The notes beneath the pieces are model-generated. The model searched no databases and had not been told where the DNA came from. It saw only the letters and a program-made list of their open reading frames with translations. The position numbers and the translations under genes were made by a program. Shown here piece after piece: positions 36,709 through 46,451 of a stretch of 56,917 bases of DNA. The stretch covers positions 1-56,917 of the IMG/VR virus record IMGVR_UViG_3300035660_000009; one strand, written 5' to 3'. This DNA comes from a virus (lineage: Duplodnaviria > Caudoviricetes). How positions within the stretch are numbered: the first letter of the stretch is position 1; every line of letters starts with the position of its first letter.

Positions 36709-38447
36709 TGGATATTCTCCACCGCGAGTCTCACCACCTGTGGTGTCATCATGACACCGTAGTCCAACTTCCCCTTCGGTTTCGGCGAGAGGCGCGACAT
36801 CTGCTTGTACACCAACGCGGTCGCGATTGGGAAGGATGTGTCAATACTCCTAATGAACGGGTACATCGCGTACCACCTCAACGCTCTCGGGTCGCTAAGG
36901 CCCAACAGGTGGTGGGGTATACCCCTCTTCAGGTACCCAGTACCCACGAGGTGATGGATCGACCTTAGACGTGCTGCCTCCATCGGGTTCATCGGACCGA
37001 AGAAGTCCCACGGCATGGGATCCTCAAGGGTCCAGATGTAGGAGAGCCCTATACAGGAGACCCCAGGGAGTTCGCTCAACTCCCTGTAACAATCCACCCA
37101 CTCGGAGAACGTACTACCCTGAGGGCAAACCTGCACCACAATGTTCCCACCCAACCGGTTCAAGCACGCCTTCGACCCGATAACGGTCGCCTTTGAGTCG
37201 CCGATCACGTCGGGAAGAACGACCTCGTGTGGCTTCAGTTCCTCCACGAGGCGGACCAAATCCTCAACGGAGAACAGGTCGCCCTCGAACGCGCCGTTAT
37301 CTAAGACGCAATTGTGCGTGAAAACACCAGAAGACAGTGCAAAATTGTGGTGTTTCTGCACCACTAGGCAATAGACTTCCTCCCGTTCGTTGAGATGCCG
37401 AATGGAGACAACTGTGTGGTTCCAATTGTGGCTACCTTTCGCAAGTTGGTTTCCCAACATCCTCACTCTACACTTTTCGCGAAACGCAGCAGACCGGACC
37501 CCGAGTGCTCTACCCAGGAGAGCCTTCTGAACAAGTAACCCCATCTTTTTCCGCTCCCTCAGATCGGTGTAGAACTGGCACATAAACCTCGAATGCGCCT
37601 CTCGCCTTTCCCGAGTCCAAGAACGGGAGTGTGCTTCCCGTGTACACTTCGTGGCCTTGCGACCCAGCATCCGCTGCCTACACACCTCACAAAATTCGGT
37701 TGTGCGCTTCCGTCCACGGTTCGCTCTACCAACCTTGCGCGACCTCTCACGTGCCTCGGGTAGTTGCATGTGTATTCTTGTATGCTCCTCCACTAAAGTC
37801 CACACAAGGTTCTCAGGGTCGTCGTTCAGGGGGTTGAAGTCTTTGTGGTGACGGATCGCCTTCACACCTTTCAGGTTATCGGGTTTCCGTCCCGCGGCAA
37901 CAGCGAAGAAGGGGAACCACTTACCCGTGTGGAGGGACTGGACAAATCGGTGGATTTTGTCCCCCATTGGTCCGTGACCAACCTTCCGGTACAGTGGCAT
38001 CAGGGACGTGCCAGGAGCGAGGTCCTTTGCCTCCCTATAGCTGCCGTCACGAAGCATCCATGGGTGGTCTGGGGTACAGCGGACCTTCTCTCCGTTGTCC
38101 AGAGTGACCTCGACCAGTTCAGCGTTCCCCCGAGTTTTTCGAGCAGTCGCACGACCGGGGACGATCTTCCCGGTCTCGTGGTCGTAGGAGTAGACCCAGA
38201 ACGGGTCCCTTCCTACGAGGTCCTTGATGGGAACCTCGGTTCCGTTGACGAGGGAGACCTTGGTACCCCCAGTGAGACAATACTTCTCCAGAGAGACCTG
38301 CTCCTTATAGAAACCCGCGTACTCAGGGTTCGCCCTGTAAACCCCGGGGATCACGAAATTGTAGTCGGTGAAGGTCGCGAGGATATGCTGGTAGTGGACA
38401 GGTAACTCAGTCGCGACTGCTACCCGGTTAAGTCGGGGGAACTTCAT
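36663..38447 (-). CDS. TGT/DpdA-like TIM-barrel transglycosylase interrupted by an intein
   Basis: Extein motifs VLDNGAFE, LPDV, V.PQG, IGLS, HHLLG and RSIDTS; located among the que genes. Confidence 0.75.
   Translation of the reverse strand: MKFPRLNRVAVATELPVHYQHILATFTDYNFVIPGVYRANPEYAGFYKEQVSLEKYCLTGGTKVSLVNGTEVPIKDLVGRDPFWVYSYDHETGKIVPGRATARKTRGNAELVEVTLDNGEKVRCTPDHPWMLRDGSYREAKDLAPGTSLMPLYRKVGHGPMGDKIHRFVQSLHTGKWFPFFAVAAGRKPDNLKGVKAIRHHKDFNPLNDDPENLVWTLVEEHTRIHMQLPEARERSRKVGRANRGRKRTTEFCEVCRQRMLGRKATKCTREAHSRSWTRERREAHSRFMCQFYTDLRERKKMGLLVQKALLGRALGVRSAAFREKCRVRMLGNQLAKGSHNWNHTVVSIRHLNEREEVYCLVVQKHHNFALSSGVFTHNCVLDNGAFEGDLFSVEDLVRLVEELKPHEVVLPDVIGDSKATVIGSKACLNRLGGNIVVQVCPQGSTFSEWVDCYRELSELPGVSCIGLSYIWTLEDPMPWDFFGPMNPMEAARLRSIHHLVGTGYLKRGIPHHLLGLSDPRALRWYAMYPFIRSIDTSFPIATALVYKQMSRLSPKPKGKLDYGVMMTPQVVRLAVENIQWLQRELTVQPTLRS
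37311..38279 (-). mobile_element. intein (323 aa) with HNH endonuclease and NUMOD3-like repeats
   Basis: N-terminal CLTGGTKV, block B CTPDHPW, HHKDFNPLNDDPENL, C-terminal VYCL.V..HHNFAL..GVFTHN|C. Confidence 0.92.
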
Positions 38448-38793
38448 GCGTGAGACCCTCCTCCGACAGGTACTTGTGGTGGACCAACCAGATAGCCAAC
38501 AGTGCGGCATACCCCGCGATGTCCATGACAGAGTCCGCAAGGTCTGCTTTCACCCTCGTCATGTTGGTGTCACCGCTAACGGGGAGGTTGGCCCTGAGAT
38601 CGTAACCACGATTGCCGATCGTAGCCTTAATCCTCGCACACTTGTCCCTGATGAACGCGATGAAGTCCTCCAGTTCCATGTCGAGGTACGCGTCACCCCT
38701 CGACACATCCCTCTCAACGAGCACCTTCACGACGGTGGCGAAGAACTCACCCGACTTCCGACCGAGTTCGTCGGTCGTGATCCTCGTAGCCAT
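38428..38793 (-). CDS. nucleotide-modification-associated domain 1 (DUF1599/MazG-like) protein
   Basis: R...RGD.Y...I.DK.ARI...DS..DIAGYA.L. Confidence 0.7.
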   Translation of the reverse strand: MATRITTDELGRKSGEFFATVVKVLVERDVSRGDAYLDMELEDFIAFIRDKCARIKATIGNRGYDLRANLPVSGDTNMTRVKADLADSVMDIAGYAALLAIWLVHHKYLSEEGLTHEVPPT

Positions 38794-38839
38794 TGGGGTT
38801 CTCCTTCTGGTGTGGGTCCACGGATATTATATAGCCAAC

Positions 38840-39433
38840 CTACTCAACACGTAACTTGAGGAGGTCCAGAAACTCACTTTTAGCACTGGGGTCCTTGAGA
38901 AACACACCCTTGACCGCGGACGTGACGAACGACGAACCCGGCTTCCTCGCCCCCCTGCACGAAATACATACGTGCTCCGCAACCAGGACTACCATCACCC
39001 CCATAGGTTTGAGCGAGGACATCAAGTGGGATGCGACCAACTCCGTCAGTCGCTCCTGAGTCTGGGGCATAGAGGCAAAGTAGTCAACAACACGTGCGGG
39101 TTTGCTGATGCCCACCACCCTCCCTTTCGGGATGTACCCAATGTGCGCCCTCCCGCGGAAGGGAATCATGTGGTGTGAACACAAACTGACGAATGGGATG
39201 TCCCTCAACATGAGGAGCTGTTCATGGGAGCTCTTGAACGCTGAGATGTGTGGAGGAGTTGACCTCACCCCACGGGTCAACTCCAACCACATCCTGACGA
39301 CCCTCCTCGGGGTGTGCACAAGGTCGAGTTCGTCGTCGGGTAGGTCTTTCTCGGAGAGGCCGAGCGCACAGAGCGCCTTCGCAACGTAACTCCGTGCCAA
39401 GACCTCATTGGATTCCTTCCGCCTTTCCATCAC
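38840..39433 (-). CDS. folE: GTP cyclohydrolase I
   Basis: TPRRV, SLCSHH.IPF.G, G.SK..R, QERLT and AEH.C..CRG. Confidence 0.95.
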   Translation of the reverse strand: MMERRKESNEVLARSYVAKALCALGLSEKDLPDDELDLVHTPRRVVRMWLELTRGVRSTPPHISAFKSSHEQLLMLRDIPFVSLCSHHMIPFRGRAHIGYIPKGRVVGISKPARVVDYFASMPQTQERLTELVASHLMSSLKPMGVMVVLVAEHVCISCRGARKPGSSFVTSAVKGVFLKDPSAKSEFLDLLKLRVE

Positions 39434-40131
39434 TATCTCCCTCTCTCGCTCCCCCAGATGAGTTTATGCAACTGGACACCAAACCGCAGGTCGAACCTCC
39501 GGGTGAGGCCATGTTCGTCACCCAAAAGGAACTCGCTCAACCACCGTGCGGGTTTGCCTCCCACCACGTGAAAGTACACAGTGGGTCTACACGTGTGGAC
39601 CCCCAGAAGGGACCTCAACATGCTCACGGACGCAAGCACGTCGTCCTCGTTCCTACACACAAACTTGAGTGTGTCGGTCGGTTGGAGGTCCCTATAGTTT
39701 CCCCCGATCATGTGCTCATTCATCCCTGACGAGGGGACCTTGTAGTCTACCACCAGGTCGATCCTCCAGGAGTTCTTCTTCCTCGCGTCGAGGACCCAGT
39801 CCACGGGGCACGCACCGTTAGTCTCGATCGAGACAGTGGGATGGGAGGGGAAACCCATTAACGAAGAGAACAACTGGAGGAGTTCTTCGCGGGGTTGCAG
39901 CAAAGGCTCTCCACCGGTCAAGCAACAATGACGAGGGTAGGGGTCCAGTCTTCCCACCCTATCCATGATCGCGGAGACCGTCATAGCAGCACTCTCAGCG
40001 TGGGACCGTGCGTATACCGCGTCACAATAATCACAGCAAAGATTACACCCGGAGAACCGTATGAAGGTCGTTACTGCTCCCACGGTCTGGCACTCACCCT
40101 GGAGGCTTCGGAAGATCTCGCAGACCCTCAT
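39433..40131 (-). CDS. queE: 7-carboxy-7-deazaguanine synthase (radical SAM)
   Basis: EIF.SLQGE, FIRF.GCNL.C.YCD, LTGGEP, IETNG and QLHK.IW. Confidence 0.95.
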   Translation of the reverse strand: MRVCEIFRSLQGECQTVGAVTTFIRFSGCNLCCDYCDAVYARSHAESAAMTVSAIMDRVGRLDPYPRHCCLTGGEPLLQPREELLQLFSSLMGFPSHPTVSIETNGACPVDWVLDARKKNSWRIDLVVDYKVPSSGMNEHMIGGNYRDLQPTDTLKFVCRNEDDVLASVSMLRSLLGVHTCRPTVYFHVVGGKPARWLSEFLLGDEHGLTRRFDLRFGVQLHKLIWGSERGR

Positions 40132-40658
40132 TTGAAGTACTCCGCGTAGGACTCGGTGGGATGAAGCTGCTCGTATACACGAATGTAGTCGACCTTCAAC
40201 CCTCTCTTCTCCCCCACCTCGAGGGGTTGTATCTCGAAGTCTGCCCTGTCAAAGCACCACTTTGCAAGGTTCTCCGCAGTTGGGTTGGACATGTTGTGGA
40301 GTGTTACCACACCCAACTCCATAACACTACCAAGAGGTGTGAGTAAACCCAACGCTTCGCCCAAAACCTTCACACACTTGCCACACCCCGACGTGGGGTC
40401 GAGGTCAGCAATCTTGTTGATACCGTCCCTATCGGGTTGGCCGAGAACCAGGGTGTGGTCAAAACCCTTCTCGATCTGGTGGAGGATCCTCTCCTTAAGC
40501 CAACCGAAGTCCACCACCATACCGAGAGCGTTAAGGGTCTCACACGAAACGCTCACGTCAATCCGGCAAGTGTGACCGTGAAGGAATCTGCACTTACCCT
40601 CGTGACCACGGATCCGGTGTGCCATGTCGATGTAGCAAGCCTTGACAATACGGTACAT
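40128..40658 (-). CDS. queD: 6-carboxy-tetrahydropterin synthase
   Basis: AHR...H.GKC..LHGH, GMVVDFG, FDH and NPTAEN.A. Confidence 0.95.
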   Translation of the reverse strand: MYRIVKACYIDMAHRIRGHEGKCRFLHGHTCRIDVSVSCETLNALGMVVDFGWLKERILHQIEKGFDHTLVLGQPDRDGINKIADLDPTSGCGKCVKVLGEALGLLTPLGSVMELGVVTLHNMSNPTAENLAKWCFDRADFEIQPLEVGEKRGLKVDYIRVYEQLHPTESYAEYFK

Positions 40659-40708
40659 ACCTCCTCACTTTCTTGGTTGTGGTTTCGACAGGATCTTGCG
40701 TACAGGTA

Positions 40709-40921
40709 TCACCAGTCCAGCGTCACGTGGGTTGGAAACATCGGGAGCAAGCACACCCAGATGTCGAGGGCGTCATGGCCAAAATAGCGAGGACGCTCCA
40801 CTGAACCACGCACTCCCAGAGTCCAACGCCAGAACACACCAACCCAAAGGTCGGCGAGTTTGAACTCGAGACGGACTCGGATATGAGGGAACCGCATCAC
40901 CGACCCCCACGTTTCCTGCAC
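40709..40921 (-). CDS. hypothetical protein
   Basis: DLWVGVFW...WVCLLPMFP pattern. Confidence 0.5.
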   Translation of the reverse strand: MQETWGSVMRFPHIRVRLEFKLADLWVGVFWRWTLGVRGSVERPRYFGHDALDIWVCLLPMFPTHVTLDW

Positions 40922-40993
40922 AACACCACAAGGAAGGCGGGAACGATCCGTGTGTCGTAGGTGGAGGGGTACCCCACCGGAACCGAAAGCGGG

Positions 40994-41455
40994 CTAGCTC
41001 TTTGCGTGGTACTCGACCACCTTGCCCACCCGGCGGGTTTCGAGAACCCCGTCAGACTTGAGCTTCGTGAGGACGTCCAGTGCGGTGGTCCCCTTCCCAC
41101 CACCCGCAACCTTCTGCGCCTCAGTGATGAGCAGTGCGGCGGTGAACCAACCCGCGGCAAGCAACTCCTTGACCGCCTGCCTCGGAGGGGTCCACTGAAA
41201 CCCCTTCGGCCTCTTCTCTCCGGGAGGAGGCACGGTACCCGCGGGTACCTCAGGAGGGGGCACAGCACCAGTTGGTGTGGTCGACATGGCTTCACTCCTT
41301 GTCGCAGCGGGAACGGAGGCTGGAATCCCACGTTCCCTGGTCTTCTCGGCACAGGAGACGTTCAGGTCACACTGTGCGCACTCCGGTACCGAGGGATCGT
41401 ACAGTTGCCCGAAACACTTCGGTCCCTGTTTGATGCTTTCCGTGGTCGTGGTCAT
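40994..41455 (-). CDS. hypothetical protein: Cys module + Pro linker + winged-helix-like C-terminus
   Basis: PKCFG..YD....EC..C....C; promoter motif upstream. Confidence 0.6.
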   Translation of the reverse strand: MTTTTESIKQGPKCFGQLYDPSVPECAQCDLNVSCAEKTRERGIPASVPAATRSEAMSTTPTGAVPPPEVPAGTVPPPGEKRPKGFQWTPPRQAVKELLAAGWFTAALLITEAQKVAGGGKGTTALDVLTKLKSDGVLETRRVGKVVEYHAKS

Positions 41456-41503
41456 CGTAAACCCTTTCCTCTCACCATCGAGAAATTATATGTCCACACG
41501 TGG

Positions 41504-42034
41504 CTACAAAAACCTCACCACCGCCTCACGAATCTCCCTCCTTAGGAGGTTCACACTCTGAGTGGACAACCCAAGTTCCACAGCGAGTACGGTGTCCGGG
41601 ACGCGCTTCGGTTGTGAGGCGAGGACTACAGTGAGTGTCCTCCACGCGAGAGGCGACAACACCCGGGAGAGCAACTTGAGGGAGTCTCGACAGGAGATGT
41701 TGTCGTTTGGAGGACCATACACACCCACTGAGGGTGTACCCAAAACCTCAATCCTCTCCTTCACCCTAACCTCGTCGTTGACAAACGTGATGAGGTCGTT
41801 CCTGACCACACCCACCACCCACGTGGCCAAACTAGCACTCTTCTTCAGGTCATGAGTGGAGAGTGCACGGGGGAGTGCTCTCAACACGACCGCGAAGAGT
41901 TCACTCAACTCGATCCACCCGTAGTGGCCATGGAACCTGGACACCAAGTGTGACACCTTATCCACAACCTTGTCGTCACACCCGAGGGAAAGTGCGTCCC
42001 GGCGGAACATCTCGTAGTCACTGGGCAAAGTCAC
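41504..42034 (-). CDS. sigma-70-like phage sigma factor
   Basis: Region 2-like SEL....L.AL..AL..HD.KK.ASL.TW....VRN and region 4 HTH LAVELGLS.QSV. Confidence 0.6.
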   Translation of the reverse strand: MTLPSDYEMFRRDALSLGCDDKVVDKVSHLVSRFHGHYGWIELSELFAVVLRALPRALSTHDLKKSASLATWVVGVVRNDLITFVNDEVRVKERIEVLGTPSVGVYGPPNDNISCRDSLKLLSRVLSPLAWRTLTVVLASQPKRVPDTVLAVELGLSTQSVNLLRREIREAVVRFL

Positions 42035-43734
42035 CCCATCGCCTCCCGGAACTGCATCGTCGAGTCATCGAAGTACAACACCGCACTTCCCCCACCACTA
42101 AACCTACTCGCGGTCACCCTAACGAGCGTCCTCGCCTCATAGGTGGGTATACTGTTGTCGGTGTAGTCCGCCTCGGACACCTTGTCGGTACCCATCGGCT
42201 TCCTGTACAACGTGATCAGCACGTCCGCGTCACCCGGGATCTCCCCACTCTGTCGAGCGGCGTAGAGTCCGGGCATCTGGTTCGGGTCCATCTTGGTGGG
42301 GTGAGCGATGACGATCCCCGGAACCTGGAGCTCCGTGAACAACAACTTGAAGTCCCTCATCACCTTCCCGGTCTCAGCCACGGAGTGTTCCAGACTCCTG
42401 CACAAGAAGTGGATGTGGTCGAAGACTACCAGTCGGACACCGAACCGCTTGGTCGCATACCTGATGGTCTCGAACACACGCTTTACGTTCAATTCACCCT
42501 CGGTAGCACGACCGAGGTAGAGGGGGAGTCGGTACAGTGTGGGTTTCGCCATCGTGATGTCCACGTCGGTGAGGTTAGCGACGGGGACACACCTAACCCG
42601 AGAGACCACCCTCTCGAGAAGGTCTCTCGGCGGCATCTCCAAACAGAATAGGAGTGAGGGAATACCACGTTGGCTGAGATCGTGACACAGGTTCAGGGCG
42701 AACGTGGTCTTCCCGATCTTGGGTATCGCCTGAAGCACGATCACCCACCCCGACCTAAGTGGACCCACCACCCTATCCACGTTCCTCCACCCGAACCGGA
42801 TAGGTTCCTCCCCCAACCTCTCCGACCTCAACGCGTCGAGTTCGTCAAACGCCTGCCCGAGAGACAAGACTGAGGGTCGTCCAGCGGTCTTAGCCACCTC
42901 GAGGACGCTCTCGAAGTCTGCCTTGGTGAACTTGAGGAAGAAGTCGTTCGGGTCCTTCGTGGGAAGCAAAGGAAGATAGCACCTCTCAGGACCCAACCGT
43001 TGTGCCACATTGAGCGCACCCCTCCTGCCTTCCCCGTCCATGTCGTAACACAGGTAGACCTTCCCACACACCACCAACGGGTCGAAGTGTTCGGCACCAA
43101 ACGTTCCCGCACCGAGAGGGACGCTCACTGTGTTCTCGTACCTTTGTTGGACCATCATCATGGTATCGAACTCACCCTCGGTGACAAACACGGGTTTCTT
43201 TTGGTCCAACCTGTCAACATTGAAGAGGGGTGTTTCGTGGTCGGGGAGGACTCTAAACGTCTTTTGGTTTGGTGGGAGGGCTCTGAACTTGATGTTCACC
43301 ACCTTCCCACCCTTCACGTACGGGATGGTCAACCAGTGGGCCATCCCCTCCTTCAGCAACCCAAGGCGGAACTTCCGGATGGTCCCACGCGTGAGACCCC
43401 GAGCGAACAACCAGTCCAACGCGCTACGGTCACCACCGAGGGTTGCCTCGTAGAGGTTCACCTGTTCCTCGGGAACGGTTGTCCCAGTGGGCATCTCGAG
43501 GGACAAGAGTTTTGTGAGAGGTTCCACCTGGTCGACCGGGTCAAGCTTCCGACGGAAGGTCCAGAGCGACCCCGAAGTTCCACATTTCTTACACGAAAAA
43601 AGTCCAGTCTCAATATGCATGTACAGGTGCCACTTCTCGTCTCCGCAGAAAACGCACGTACGCAGAACAAACTGGTCACTCCCAGAGGGTTTGTACTCCA
43701 CTCCACGTTGTTCAAGAAACTCACCCGGTTGCAC
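42031..43734 (-). CDS. primase-helicase (T7 gp4/Twinkle-like)
   Basis: Zn finger C..C...C..C, TOPRIM EGEFD, D.D..G, KDPND; DnaB-type P..GKTT, LEM, FDH.H and AHP.K. Confidence 0.92.
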   Translation of the reverse strand: MQPGEFLEQRGVEYKPSGSDQFVLRTCVFCGDEKWHLYMHIETGLFSCKKCGTSGSLWTFRRKLDPVDQVEPLTKLLSLEMPTGTTVPEEQVNLYEATLGGDRSALDWLFARGLTRGTIRKFRLGLLKEGMAHWLTIPYVKGGKVVNIKFRALPPNQKTFRVLPDHETPLFNVDRLDQKKPVFVTEGEFDTMMMVQQRYENTVSVPLGAGTFGAEHFDPLVVCGKVYLCYDMDGEGRRGALNVAQRLGPERCYLPLLPTKDPNDFFLKFTKADFESVLEVAKTAGRPSVLSLGQAFDELDALRSERLGEEPIRFGWRNVDRVVGPLRSGWVIVLQAIPKIGKTTFALNLCHDLSQRGIPSLLFCLEMPPRDLLERVVSRVRCVPVANLTDVDITMAKPTLYRLPLYLGRATEGELNVKRVFETIRYATKRFGVRLVVFDHIHFLCRSLEHSVAETGKVMRDFKLLFTELQVPGIVIAHPTKMDPNQMPGLYAARQSGEIPGDADVLITLYRKPMGTDKVSEADYTDNSIPTYEARTLVRVTASRFSGGGSAVLYFDDSTMQFREAMG

Positions 43735-43865
43735 TGGTCACCCCACCACGGTGAAAAAGAAAACCACCACTTTTTCACCAGGTATTACACTTAGTCTGTA
43801 GGTCCTATAGTATATCTTCTTCAGAAGGTTGGAGGAATTCTCGGCATTCTTCCCGTAGCAGTGTG

Positions 43866-44603
43866 TCAAAGGTTCTTCCCTACCTCTTTGTCCAACACAC
43901 TTGCATCCACAGGACGAGTCGCGACCAAGAGATCGAACCCACACCCGAACCTTTCCCTCGATAGTTGATCTAGTTGATGGTCCCTCTGGAGGACCCTCTC
44001 CCTCTCGCGAGAGGACCGTTTGGTGAGAGGACCCCTCGAGGGGTCCTCCGTAACGGGAACGGTTTGGGTGTTCGCCTTCTCCCTCGCCGCACCCCTCACG
44101 ATTCCCAATGCGTAAGGTTCACCGATCCCCCTCTCCGCGTAGTCACCCCTCAAGTAGATACCCAATCCCTCGTGAACCGCGTCGATAGGGTACCCGTCGT
44201 AGGAGACCAACTGTTGGAGCAACACATTGGGAGAGACTACACCACATTTTCTCGTTGTAGCGAACAACCTAAAAACCCTCTCGATCAACAACTGGGTTGC
44301 TTCAGAGTACCTACCTAAGTACAGGACCATCTCGGGGGTGAACACGTCGGACCTCATAACCTGGGACTCCTCGGCGTACCTCTTCTCCGACACGTCCCAC
44401 ACACCGAGTACGACCACCCTCCTCCTCCCGACCTGGCGAAGGCACACGAGACCACGGCGGACGAGGTCGGCCACAATAGTTGCGTGCCCATTGAGGTTCC
44501 CTGGGTAGACCACCAGACGCTCACCATCAACCTCGATAAACCGTCGGTGGTGCTCCAACATGGAATACAGTTCCGAGGACTCCTTCGTTAGGGGGAGAAC
44601 CAT
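43866..44603 (-). CDS. hypothetical protein
   Basis: 245 aa with GGAGG RBS; between the two helicase genes. Confidence 0.6.
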   Translation of the reverse strand: MVLPLTKESSELYSMLEHHRRFIEVDGERLVVYPGNLNGHATIVADLVRRGLVCLRQVGRRRVVVLGVWDVSEKRYAEESQVMRSDVFTPEMVLYLGRYSEATQLLIERVFRLFATTRKCGVVSPNVLLQQLVSYDGYPIDAVHEGLGIYLRGDYAERGIGEPYALGIVRGAAREKANTQTVPVTEDPSRGPLTKRSSRERERVLQRDHQLDQLSRERFGCGFDLLVATRPVDASVLDKEVGKNL

Positions 44604-44873
44604 GGGTAACCTCCAATACCCCGGACACTTACAGGGACGGGGTTTTCAATCGAAAAACGCGCACGTCAGTTGGTCCAACCTCGTGCCGGACGATCTTGTC
44701 CCATGTTACCGCAACCAACCCCCCACCACCATACACAAACCATGGACCCAACCCTGAGTCAGCCCACACGGTACGGAAGGAACCGTCAGCGAGGGGACCA
44801 ACCGTGGTACAACCCTCAAGTACCTGTAACACAAGCACCCGCTCGGTGGGTGGGGAGTCCGTTGAGCACACTC

Positions 44874-46388
44874 CTAAACAACAGTGAAGTCGAGTGGACT
44901 GTAAGTCTTCTTCCACGTGGGTGGGGTGGTGAAGACCCTCTGAACCTCCACCTGGGAGACACCCATCCGTTTGTACACCCTCATCCGTTTCCTGCTGTGA
45001 CGGAGGAGGATGGGGTGGAACCTGTCCAAGAAGTCATATACTTGGAGAGAGCCTCCCTCCTTCCGCCTCATCCCACGACCAGCACGTTGGATCGCCTTGA
45101 TGGTCGAGTTGCCACCCGAAGCGATCACCACTGTGTCAACCTCAGGGATGTCCGCACCCTCGTCGAAGATACTCGACGCGATAACCACTCTGTAGATACC
45201 TGACCTGAACGCCTTCACCGCCTCCTGTCTCGCCTCATCCGAGGTCTCACCCCAGACAAACTTGACGTGTGGTCCACCCTCGAACCACGCACGGAGGAGG
45301 TTGTAGAGGGTCTTTCCGTGCTGGATCCGCTTGATGAGGACCAGCACCCGCCTGTCCTCCGACACCTTGAGTTTGCACAACTCGACCACCGCGGCGTTCC
45401 TCTTCTCATTGAAGACCAACCCGTGGTCCTCCAGGTAGGACCAACCCAGGTCGCTCACGGAACCCGTCGAAGTGTCGTACCCCGTCGGGTCGTAGTCGAT
45501 GAAGGTCACGTGGGGGACCTCCAAGATACCCAACTCCTGAGCCTCCTGGAGGGTCAACTCGTGAACAATGTCACCTATTGAACCAACCAGCAAAAGGTCA
45601 GTCCCATCCCCTCTATCTAGAGGAGTAGCTGAACAACCCCAGCGGAAAGGTGCAGAACACGACATCAGAACCTTGTACCACGTGTCGCTAGACGCGCGGT
45701 GTGCCTCATCGGAGATGACCACCTGAACGTGGGACAACAGGTTCGCAACCCTCTTACGGTGTGCCTTGTGCGAGAGGGTTTGGACCATCGCGACAGTGAC
45801 GTCACCCACATCCCAGTTATTCCCCTGAACGAGACCCACCTTCACACTCGACATACCGTCCAACCTAACCCGGAACCTGTCGTAGGTCTGCTGGAGTAAG
45901 TGCCTTGTGTGGGTCAACCACAAGACAGGATACAAACCAAGTGTCACCACGAGGGAGATCATCGTCTCAGTTTTTCCCACTCCGGGTGGCGCACGGAACA
46001 GACCCCGTTTCGCGAGGAGGAGAGCCGACACGGCCTTCCTCTGGTCTTCCCTCAACGTGATCCCCTCCAGGTTGGCCACTTGAGTTGTCCCGAGGGGTGG
46101 GTATGTTCGGGAGTCGACAACCTCACAGGGGAATCCCGCGTTCCGGATGGTCTCTGCAACCAACGTGGCCAACCCACTCGGGAACTCCAACTTCTTCTTG
46201 GTCATTAGGTGGTGTTGACCATCCCAGTGGCCCTTCTGGAATGCATTGGAGTAGTACGCACCCACGTCTGTCCAGGAGGTGGCTTTGTCAGCGAGTCCCA
46301 CCACCTGAGACTCGATTGCGGGATCGGGGGCAAGGAACGACCACGCGTGACCCACCACGATACGGGTTGGACATGCAACCTCGTTCAC
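44874..46388 (-). CDS. superfamily 2 helicase (UvsW-like)
   Basis: LREDQ, PPGVGKT, DEAH, SATP, EG.DIP and QR.GR.MR. Confidence 0.92.
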   Translation of the reverse strand: MNEVACPTRIVVGHAWSFLAPDPAIESQVVGLADKATSWTDVGAYYSNAFQKGHWDGQHHLMTKKKLEFPSGLATLVAETIRNAGFPCEVVDSRTYPPLGTTQVANLEGITLREDQRKAVSALLLAKRGLFRAPPGVGKTETMISLVVTLGLYPVLWLTHTRHLLQQTYDRFRVRLDGMSSVKVGLVQGNNWDVGDVTVAMVQTLSHKAHRKRVANLLSHVQVVISDEAHRASSDTWYKVLMSCSAPFRWGCSATPLDRGDGTDLLLVGSIGDIVHELTLQEAQELGILEVPHVTFIDYDPTGYDTSTGSVSDLGWSYLEDHGLVFNEKRNAAVVELCKLKVSEDRRVLVLIKRIQHGKTLYNLLRAWFEGGPHVKFVWGETSDEARQEAVKAFRSGIYRVVIASSIFDEGADIPEVDTVVIASGGNSTIKAIQRAGRGMRRKEGGSLQVYDFLDRFHPILLRHSRKRMRVYKRMGVSQVEVQRVFTTPPTWKKTYSPLDFTVV

Positions 46389-46451
46389 GGTTCGTCTCTC
46401 ATCACTGTGGTCTAGCAGATCGACATATGAGAATATGAAAGAGATTTATTG

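Noticed and set aside
43740-43865. AT-richer gap upstream of the primase-helicase as a replication origin
   Set aside because: No iterons or other supporting structure; it may simply be a promoter region.
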